This document shows positions 39,709-47,313 of a stretch of 64,000 nt of DNA, piece after piece. The notes beneath the pieces are model-generated. The model worked only from the letters and a program-made list of their open reading frames with translations. It ran no database searches and had not been told where the DNA came from. The DNA comes from an uncultured Gemmatimonadales bacterium (lineage in GTDB: Bacteria; Gemmatimonadota; Gemmatimonadetes; Longimicrobiales; Gaopeijiaceae). Numbering within the stretch: position 1 is the stretch's first letter; every line of letters begins with the position of its first letter. Position numbers and translations under genes: made by a program. Where the stretch lies: the NCBI GenBank assembly GCA_963809895.1, contig CAWELD010000003.1, forward strand, positions 2,720,001 to 2,784,000, written 5' to 3'.

Positions 39709-39993
39709 ATGGACGACGACGCACGAGACCGGCTGGCCCATCTCGCCGAGCTGGAGGCCTGGAAGGCCCGCATGGCGGGTAGCATCCAGTCCGATCCCGC
39801 ACGTCTGGCCGCAGGCTGGGAGCGCCGCTTCGTGACCGAGGGCACCCGGGCGGACGAAGCCGCGGCGCTCTACCGCGAGCTGGGCTTCGAGGTAGCGGTC
39901 GACGAGGTGCGCCCCGGCGACCTGGCGGACGAATGCGAGAGCTGCCAACTCGTCGCCATGCTCAAATTCCGGGTGCTGTACACGCGGCGGTAG
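39709..39993 (+). CDS. Small hypothetical protein with CxxC (94 aa), last gene of the bcr operon
   Basis: GWERRF...LYRELGFEV...ECESC...LYTRR; 19 bp after bcrD. Confidence 0.8.
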   Translation: MDDDARDRLAHLAELEAWKARMAGSIQSDPARLAAGWERRFVTEGTRADEAAALYRELGFEVAVDEVRPGDLADECESCQLVAMLKFRVLYTRR

Positions 39994-40014
39994 AACGGTG
40001 TCGAAGGGCGGCGG

Positions 40015-40509
40015 CTACCCCTCGCCACTCCGCTGGCCGAACTGCCGGTCCAGCATGAGAAGCGCGGCGTCGTTGTCGCCGGCGCGGGTGAGAAGGTCCA
40101 CGGCGCGCTGCGCGCTCTCCTCTTCCTCCACCTGCTCGGTCACGAACCAGTCCAGCGCCCGCATGGTGGCGAGATCGCTGTGCTGCTGGGCCAGAGCGTA
40201 CAGGCGATGGATGGACGCGGTAACCGCCTGCTCGTGCTCCAGCGCCTTCTCGAAGGCATCCCGCGGACGGCCGAAATCCGACGGCGGCTTGCCCACGGCC
40301 TGCAGCAGGACCCGCCCCCCACGTTGATTCACGTAGTCGAAGAGGCGCATGGCGTGGGCCAACTCTTCGCTGGCCTGGAGCCGCATCCACTGGGCGAATC
40401 CTTCGTAATTGTCGGCCTCGAACTGGGCCGCCATGCTCAGGTAGACGTAGCCGGACGACAACTCCATCCGGATCTGGTCGTTCAGGGCGTCGAGCACCGC
40501 TTCGTTCAT
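40015..40509 (-). CDS. ftnA: Non-heme ferritin
   Basis: LNDQIRMELSSGYVYLSMA, QASEELAHA, EHEQAVTASI, LDWFVTEQVEEE ferroxidase residues. Confidence 0.93.
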   Translation of the reverse strand: MNEAVLDALNDQIRMELSSGYVYLSMAAQFEADNYEGFAQWMRLQASEELAHAMRLFDYVNQRGGRVLLQAVGKPPSDFGRPRDAFEKALEHEQAVTASIHRLYALAQQHSDLATMRALDWFVTEQVEEEESAQRAVDLLTRAGDNDAALLMLDRQFGQRSGEG

Positions 40510-40640
40510 GATCGCTCCCGGGTTGTCGATGGCCCGAAATGAGGGAGGGGGGCCGAGTCGATGACCCGTACCCCCCTGCCCTGTCCCGGTGCCGACGCTC
40601 ACGCGTGCGCGCCCGCCGGTCCCACCCTCGGCCGCGTCGG

Positions 40641-41912
40641 TTACGGCTCCAGCCGCAGTTCCTCGAACTCCGGCCACGAAACGCGGTGCGCCGAGCCGTC
40701 GGACCACACGAAGATGCCGCGGTTCCCGCTGGTGACGTCGTTGGAGCCCGTCAGGTCGAAGGACCGGCCGTCACGAAGCTCCACGGTAACCCCGGCGCCG
40801 CGGCGAATGATGCGAGCGATGTTGCCGAACTCCACCGCGAAGTCGGCGCCGCCGGCATCGCCGTCCAGGAGCTCCCAGGTGAAGCTCTCGTCGGCGTCCC
40901 AGACCACCGGCCCCTGGTATTCGCGGCCGTCCACGGTGGTCACGGTTCCCCGGATGGGCCCTTCGTCACCGAAGCGGCCGTAGGGGATCTCCTCGGGAGG
41001 CTCCGAGAAGCTCACGGAGGCGAACTCCCGCCAGTCCACCAGCACCTGGCCCAGGGCGGGGTCCGAGACCGCGATCCCGTTGTTGCTGTCGTCCACGTCG
41101 TTGGTGCCCCGGAGGATCATCTCCCGCCCGTTGCGGAGCAGGACCCGGGCGGCACTGGACGAATAACGCTCGATGGACTGGATATCGCCGAAGGTGACGT
41201 CACGGTCCACGCCGTTCTCCTCACCGTCGAGGATGTCGGAATTGTAGATCTCGTCCACGTCCCAGGTCACGTATCCGGTGAACTCCATGCCGGACCGGGT
41301 GGTGAGCGTGCCCCAGAGCCTGGCGTTGGGAGGCCTGGTGCCGGATGGCGGCGCCTTGAACTCCACCGATGCCAGGCTGTGCCAACGCACCTCGCCAGAA
41401 CGTCCGTCCTCGCCGTCCACGCGGATCCCGCGTACCGCCGAGCCCAGGTCCGTGGACTGGCCCCGCAGCTCCACCTCCTCACCGTTGCGCAGCGTGATGC
41501 GCGCCCGCTCCGAGCCCAGGGGCTCGATGCGCAGGACGTGCCCGAAGCGGATGCCCGAGCTCGACCCCGACCCGGAGCCTTCCACCTTGGTGGCATCCAG
41601 GATGTCGGCCCAGCTCCCTTCGTTCTTGTCCCAACGAATGAAGCCCGTGAGCCGGTCACCGTCGACGGTGACCACCTCGCCGTAGAGGCGATTGATTCCC
41701 GATCCGGGCACGACCTTCACCGACGGCGTCACCTTCACCCTCACCGGCGCCACCCGGATCATGGGCGCCACCCTCACCTCCCGCACCACGCGCGGCGGCT
41801 TCGATCTCAGATAGGCGAACCCCGCGCCCGCCGTCAGTAGCACCGCCACCATCGCCGAGCCTGAGATGATGGCCAGGCTTCTGGCGTCTTCCCGCACCTG
41901 TCGGTTCCACAT
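40641..41912 (-). CDS. Membrane-anchored protein with three internal repeats
   Basis: One TM segment, then three copies of xxGxxxTxxGxxxxGxxxWDxxE...FG...LRxG. Confidence 0.8.
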   Translation of the reverse strand: MWNRQVREDARSLAIISGSAMVAVLLTAGAGFAYLRSKPPRVVREVRVAPMIRVAPVRVKVTPSVKVVPGSGINRLYGEVVTVDGDRLTGFIRWDKNEGSWADILDATKVEGSGSGSSSGIRFGHVLRIEPLGSERARITLRNGEEVELRGQSTDLGSAVRGIRVDGEDGRSGEVRWHSLASVEFKAPPSGTRPPNARLWGTLTTRSGMEFTGYVTWDVDEIYNSDILDGEENGVDRDVTFGDIQSIERYSSSAARVLLRNGREMILRGTNDVDDSNNGIAVSDPALGQVLVDWREFASVSFSEPPEEIPYGRFGDEGPIRGTVTTVDGREYQGPVVWDADESFTWELLDGDAGGADFAVEFGNIARIIRRGAGVTVELRDGRSFDLTGSNDVTSGNRGIFVWSDGSAHRVSWPEFEELRLEP

Positions 41913-42138
41913 GATCCCCCCTCCCGGTCGCCCCGGTCCACGACACGACATGCCCTCGCCCCATGGGGGCCGAGGGTCGACACCGTCCTTTATGGGTTCG
42001 ATGCCACACCCAGCGCAAGCGTTGCGACGGCGTCGTGAGCGAGACGTCGCCGCGGACGCCGCCACGGTGCTTCAGGCACCCGCCCTTTCCATTAGATTCC
42101 GCGCTCCGCGGCTCGACATTACACCTGGACCGTTCTCC

Positions 42139-43821
42139 ATGGCCGAACAGAAGTTCATCTACCACATGCATCGCCTGTCGAAGATCGTCCCGCCCCGGCG
42201 GGAGATCCTCAAGGGCATCAACCTGTCCTTCTTTCCCGGCGCCAAGATCGGCGTCGTGGGCCCCAACGGGGCGGGCAAGAGCTCGCTGCTGCGCATCATG
42301 GCCGGTGTCGACACGGACTTCCAGGGTGAGGCGTGGGCCATGAAGGGCACCCGCATCGGCTACCTGCCGCAGGAGCCGGAGCTGGATGCGAGCCTGGACG
42401 TGAAGGGCAACGTGGAGCTGGCGGTGAAGGACGTGCGCGACCTCCTGCGCCGCTTCGAAGAGGTGAATCTGGCCTTCGGCGACGTCGCCGACGACGAGGA
42501 CATGAACGCGCTCCTCGACGAGCAGGCGAAGCTCCAGGACCGCATCGACGCAGCCGGCGCCTGGGACCTGGACCGGAAGCTCGACATCGCCATGGACGCG
42601 CTCCGCCTGCCACCCGGCGACACCGACGTCACCACGCTGTCGGGCGGTGAACGGCGGCGCGTGGCCCTGTGCCGCGTGCTCCTGGAGGAGCCGGACATGC
42701 TCCTCCTGGACGAGCCCACCAATCATCTGGACGCCGAATCGGTGCAGTGGCTGGAGCGCCACCTGTCCGACTTCGAGGGGACCATCGTGGCCATCACCCA
42801 CGACCGCTACTTCCTGGACAACGTGGCCCAGTGGATCCTGGAGCTCGACCGGGGCCAGGGGATTCCGTGGCAGGGCAACTACAGCTCCTGGCTCGAGCAG
42901 AAGCGCGAACGGCTCCGGCAGGAGGAGAAGCAGGAGTCCGCGCGCCAGAAGACGCTGGAGCGGGAGCTGGAGTGGGCGCGCATGGCGCCGCGGGCGCGGC
43001 AGTCCAAGGGCAGGGCGCGCCTGAACGCCTACGAAGAGCTCCTGGCCGCCGACGAGCGCGAGCAGGTGCGCACGGCGGAGATCCTCATCCCCAAGGGACC
43101 GCGCCTGGGCAACGTGGTCATCCGTGCCGACGAGGTGCGCAAGGGCTTCGGGGATCGACTCCTGGTCGAAGACCTCTCCTTCGACGTCCCCGCGGGCGCC
43201 ATCGTGGGGATCATCGGCGCCAACGGAGCCGGCAAGACCACGCTCTTCCGTCTCATCACCGGTCAGGAGCAGCCCGACGGCGGCACGCTGGAGGTCGGCG
43301 ACACGGTGCAGCTCGCGTACGTGGATCAGAGCCGCGCCGCTCTGGACGGGGACAAGAGCGTCTTCGAAGAGGTCACGGGCGGCGCCGACGTTCTCACCTT
43401 CGGACGCGCCGAGATCAACGCCCGCGCCTATCTTTCCTGGTTCAACTTCCGCGGTGCGGATCAGCAGAAGAAGGTGGGCGTGCTGTCGGGCGGTGAGCGC
43501 AACCGCCTGCACCTGGCCAAGCTTCTCAAGGAAGGCGGCAACGTCCTGCTCCTGGACGAGCCCACCAACGATCTGGACGTGGACACCCTGCGGGCGCTGG
43601 AGGACGCGCTGCTGCGCTTCGCCGGATGCGTGCTGGTGGTGAGCCACGACCGCTGGTTCCTGGACCGGATCGCCACCCACATCCTCGCCTTCGAGGGAGA
43701 CAGCCGGGTCGCCTGGTTCCCGGGCAACTTCCAGGAGTACGAGGACGACAAGAAGCGCCGGCTGGGCGAAGGCGCGGACCAGCCGCACCGGATCCAATAC
43801 AAGCGACTCGTGAGGGGTTGA
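42139..43821 (+). CDS. ettA: Energy-dependent translational throttle protein EttA (ABC-F)
   Basis: LSFFPGAKIGVVGPNGAGKS, two ABC domains, RQSKGRARL linker, QPHRIQYKRL C-terminus. Confidence 0.96.
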   Translation: MAEQKFIYHMHRLSKIVPPRREILKGINLSFFPGAKIGVVGPNGAGKSSLLRIMAGVDTDFQGEAWAMKGTRIGYLPQEPELDASLDVKGNVELAVKDVRDLLRRFEEVNLAFGDVADDEDMNALLDEQAKLQDRIDAAGAWDLDRKLDIAMDALRLPPGDTDVTTLSGGERRRVALCRVLLEEPDMLLLDEPTNHLDAESVQWLERHLSDFEGTIVAITHDRYFLDNVAQWILELDRGQGIPWQGNYSSWLEQKRERLRQEEKQESARQKTLERELEWARMAPRARQSKGRARLNAYEELLAADEREQVRTAEILIPKGPRLGNVVIRADEVRKGFGDRLLVEDLSFDVPAGAIVGIIGANGAGKTTLFRLITGQEQPDGGTLEVGDTVQLAYVDQSRAALDGDKSVFEEVTGGADVLTFGRAEINARAYLSWFNFRGADQQKKVGVLSGGERNRLHLAKLLKEGGNVLLLDEPTNDLDVDTLRALEDALLRFAGCVLVVSHDRWFLDRIATHILAFEGDSRVAWFPGNFQEYEDDKKRRLGEGADQPHRIQYKRLVRG

Positions 43822-43825
43822 GGTC

Positions 43826-46405
43826 ATGCGGCGAACGACGTGGGTGTGGATGGGAGTGGTGACAGCGCTGTGGGCGAGGCCGCTGGTGGCTCAGACACCG
43901 GACCGCTCGTCGGAGACCCGCCCGGTGGCCCAGGCGGTGCCGACCTCGGCGCCGGTGCACCTGGACGGACTCCTGGACGAGGCCGCCTGGGACGATGCGC
44001 CGGTGGTGGACCACTTCACGCAGGTGGATCCCTACGAGGGCCAGCCGGTCTCCGAGCGCACCGAGGTCCGCATCCTCTACGACACGGAGGCACTCTACAT
44101 CGGCGTGCGTGCATGGGATTCGGGTGAGGTCCGCTCACGGCTGGGCCGGCGGGACATGGCCCTGCTGGATTCGGACTGGTTCGGCGTCGTCATCGACTCC
44201 TATCACGACCACCGCACAGCCTTCTCCTTCGACGTCAATCCCGCCGGCGTGCGGCGGGACGCGGTCAAGTCCGTCACCGGCTCCGGCGGCGAAGCGGACG
44301 ACCTCTCCTGGGATCCGGTCTGGGACGTGGCCACCTCCCGGGACGACCGGGGCTGGAGCGCCGAGTACCGGATCCCCTTCAGCCAGCTCCGCTTCAGCGA
44401 CGGGGCGGCCCAACTCTGGGGCATCCAGCTCGAACGCGTCATCGGCCGCAAGCGGGAGTACGCGGTGAGCTCCTTCACCCCCAAGAGTGAGCCCGGCGGC
44501 ATTCCCACCTACGGCCATCTGGAGGGCATCCGCGACATCGAGCCGGGCCAGCGTCTGGAGCTCCTGCCGTACGTGCTCACGCGGGGCGAGTTCGTCGATC
44601 CGGGACTGAACCCGTTCCGCACGAATCGGGAGGGATCGGTGGCCGGAGGCCTCGACCTGCGCTTCCGGGTGACCTCGGACCTGACGCTCAACGCCTCCAT
44701 CAATCCCGACTTCGGGCAGGTGGAGGTCGACCCCGCGGTGGTGAACCTCACCGTCTACGAGACGCGCTTCGACGAGAAGCGTCCCTTCTTCATCGAGGGG
44801 AGCGAGATCTTCGACTTCGGGCGCAACACCAGCGGGGGGCAGCTCTTCTACTCACGGCGGATCGGGCGCGCGCCGCAGCTCCAGCCTCCCACGCCCTTCG
44901 CCGACGTGCCCGACGTCACCAACATCCTGGGCGCCGCCAAGTTCTCCGGAAAGACGGCGTCGGGGTGGTCGCTGGGCGTCATCGAGGCCGTGACGGCCCG
45001 GGAGGAAGCGCGTTACCGCACGTCGGACGGCGAGGTGGACCGGGCGGTGGTGGAGCCGCTGGCCAACTACCTGGTGGCCCGCGTCCGCCGCGACATGCGC
45101 CAGGGCCGCTCGTCCATCGGCGCCATGGTCACGGCCGCCAGCCGCGAGCTGGACACGCCCGCGGTGGAGAGCGCCCTTCGCTCCGGCGCCTACGCCGGCG
45201 GAGTCGACTTCCGACACGAATCGGCGGACCGGGGATGGGTGGTACGCGGCTCGGCGGCGTTGAGCCACATCCGGGGCCAGCCCGACGCGCTGGTGCGGGT
45301 GCAGCGCGCCGGCAACCACTTCTTCCAGCGACCCGACGCGGAGCACCTGGCCGTGGACTCCAGCGCCACATCGCTGACGGGCTACTCGGTGGGGGCGGCG
45401 GTCGAGCGGCAGGGTGGCGAGCACGTGCGCGGCGAGCTCGCCGTGGCCGCCACCTCTCCCGAGTTCGAGGTGAACGACCTGGGCTTCCAGACGCGCACCG
45501 ACCGCCGCGACGTCCAGGGCTCCCTCACCTGGCTGCAGAACCAGCCCGGCGACTTCTTCCGGAACTACGCGCTCACCCTGCGTGGCCGCTACGAGCACAA
45601 CTACGACTGGCAACGGATCATGGCCGTGTGGTCAGTGAGCGGGAACTTCCGCCACCTGGACTTCTGGGGTGGACACTTCCTCCTGCAGCGTCAACTCCGC
45701 TCGCTGGACGATCGCTCCACCCGGGGCGGCCCCCTCATGGAGCGGCCCGCGAACTGGACCGGCTACCTGGCCCTGGGGTCCGACGGTCGCAAGCCGGTCA
45801 CGGTGGGGGGGAGCCTCTACCTGCAGAGGGACGACTACGACGGGTGGACGACCACGCTGGGGCTGAACCTGGGGGTGAAGGCCTCGGACCGCTGGAACCT
45901 CAGCGTGGGTCCCAGCCTGTCCCGGTCGCACACAGACGCCCAGTACGTGGGCACGGTGCAGGACGCTGCCGCCACCGACACCTACGGCGCACACTACCTG
46001 TTCGCGCCGCTCCGCCAGACGACGCTCTCGCTGGAGACCCGCCTCAACGTCACCTTCACGCCCGAGTTGTCGCTGGAAATGTACGCGCAGCCCTTCCTGT
46101 CTTCGGGCGACTACGGTGAGGTGGCCGAGCTGGCCGCACCCCGCAGGTACGACTTCGTCCCCTACCAGGGCACCGCCCCGGACCGGGACTTCAACTATCG
46201 GTCGCTGCGCGGGAACGCGGTGTTGCGCTGGGAATGGCGTTCCGGCTCGACCCTCTACCTCGCCTGGCAACAGACCCGGTCCGACTACCGCACCGGCGAG
46301 CCGGGCCTGGGCGAATTCGACTTCGCCCGCGATCGACAGGCGCTCTTCGACACGCGGCCCGACGACGTCTTCCTGCTCAAGGTGAACTACTGGTTCACGC
46401 CGTAG
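43826..46405 (+). CDS. CBM9-like/DUF5916 outer-membrane protein
   Basis: Signal peptide, LDGLLDEAAW, INPDFGQVEVD, EKRPFFIEG, FYSRRIGR, NAVLRWEWRSGSTLYLAW, KVNYW. Confidence 0.9.
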   Translation: MRRTTWVWMGVVTALWARPLVAQTPDRSSETRPVAQAVPTSAPVHLDGLLDEAAWDDAPVVDHFTQVDPYEGQPVSERTEVRILYDTEALYIGVRAWDSGEVRSRLGRRDMALLDSDWFGVVIDSYHDHRTAFSFDVNPAGVRRDAVKSVTGSGGEADDLSWDPVWDVATSRDDRGWSAEYRIPFSQLRFSDGAAQLWGIQLERVIGRKREYAVSSFTPKSEPGGIPTYGHLEGIRDIEPGQRLELLPYVLTRGEFVDPGLNPFRTNREGSVAGGLDLRFRVTSDLTLNASINPDFGQVEVDPAVVNLTVYETRFDEKRPFFIEGSEIFDFGRNTSGGQLFYSRRIGRAPQLQPPTPFADVPDVTNILGAAKFSGKTASGWSLGVIEAVTAREEARYRTSDGEVDRAVVEPLANYLVARVRRDMRQGRSSIGAMVTAASRELDTPAVESALRSGAYAGGVDFRHESADRGWVVRGSAALSHIRGQPDALVRVQRAGNHFFQRPDAEHLAVDSSATSLTGYSVGAAVERQGGEHVRGELAVAATSPEFEVNDLGFQTRTDRRDVQGSLTWLQNQPGDFFRNYALTLRGRYEHNYDWQRIMAVWSVSGNFRHLDFWGGHFLLQRQLRSLDDRSTRGGPLMERPANWTGYLALGSDGRKPVTVGGSLYLQRDDYDGWTTTLGLNLGVKASDRWNLSVGPSLSRSHTDAQYVGTVQDAAATDTYGAHYLFAPLRQTTLSLETRLNVTFTPELSLEMYAQPFLSSGDYGEVAELAAPRRYDFVPYQGTAPDRDFNYRSLRGNAVLRWEWRSGSTLYLAWQQTRSDYRTGEPGLGEFDFARDRQALFDTRPDDVFLLKVNYWFTP

Positions 46406-46755
46406 CAGGTCGCTGAAGAAGGGGAGTACCCCGCGCGCATGGCGCTTTCGCGCGTTCAGGCAAGGAACGACGACGAGTCGTAGCACGCGCTACGGCGGTG
46501 CCGCAAGGAGGAGAGACGATGGATCGGTCAACAAGCGCGCAGCGCTTGTCGCGGAACCGCCATGCGCCCATCCGTATGTGGCCTATGAACTTGGACGGCA
46601 GTGGGTTGGGGCGGCACGGCCCCTCCTCCGTCGTTGAAGCTCCTCGACGTAGCTATGGCTATGCCTTCGTCGCTTCGCCTAGGTTGAGGGGCCGTGGCGC
46701 TCCGGTAACAATGCGGAGCATTGTCGCGGGGTGCTCCCCTTCTTCAGCGACCTGC
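46405..46755. mobile_element. MITE-like non-autonomous element (351 bp), 31-bp TIRs, TA target duplication
   Basis: Left GCAGGTCGCTGAAGAAGGGGAGTACCCCGCG (46405-35) matches the reverse complement of 46725-55 at 30/31; TA at 46403-04 and 46756-57; no transposase. Confidence 0.8.
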
Positions 46756-46789
46756 TAGCAGCCCACCGGGCGGTCGTCGTCCAATGAAA

Positions 46790-46822
46790 CGGGGGCCGCC
46801 GGCGCTCGGCCGGCGACCCCCG
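46790..46822 (-). terminator. Intrinsic terminator of the 46842..47222 gene
   Basis: CGGGGGCCGCCGGC-GCTCG-GCCGGCGACCCCCG stem, followed on the minus strand by TTTCATT. Confidence 0.6.
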
Positions 46823-46841
46823 AAGGCGAGCCTGCTGGACG

Positions 46842-47222
46842 TCAGCCTTTCAGGCTCAGCTGGTCCTGGTCGATGTACCATTCCACCCGCTCGCCCCGGT
46901 GGAGGGTGAAGAGGCGGGAATCGATCTCGTCGCTGCCCTCCAGGGTGTCGGGAATCCTGGCCACCAGCCTGTACTGATGGACGCCCTCGGGAAGCTGGAA
47001 GGCGAAATCGTGTACCCCGTCGGGGCGCACGCGGCCCAGGGGAACGAAGTCACCGTCCACCGTCTCCAGCGACACGGCCGCGAAGGCGTCCTGATAGTCG
47101 TTTTCGACCCTGAACAGGGCCTGGTCCGGCTGCAGGCGGGCGCCGCCGGTGCTGGCGCAACCGGCCAGCATCAGTGCGAGGAACGGGAGTCCAATCATCG
47201 GGAAGGTCTTCATCGTACGCAT
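46842..47222 (-). CDS. Small lipoprotein
   Basis: LAGC lipobox; FRVEND, LGRVRP, YRLVAR, VEW pattern. Confidence 0.8.
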   Translation of the reverse strand: MRTMKTFPMIGLPFLALMLAGCASTGGARLQPDQALFRVENDYQDAFAAVSLETVDGDFVPLGRVRPDGVHDFAFQLPEGVHQYRLVARIPDTLEGSDEIDSRLFTLHRGERVEWYIDQDQLSLKG

Positions 47223-47313
47223 GGTTCTATCCCCCTCGGGGGGTTGTACGGATAACGCACTGACTTCCCCTGTCCTACTGTTCCAATCCGTCCAACGGTC
47301 CACGGGCCGGACC

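Noticed and set aside
46519..46758. 79-aa ORF inside the MITE with an AAGGAGG upstream
   Set aside because: Atypical codon usage, no recognisable domain, and it runs through the TIR; the SD-like word is part of the internal sub-repeat. Translation is not excluded.
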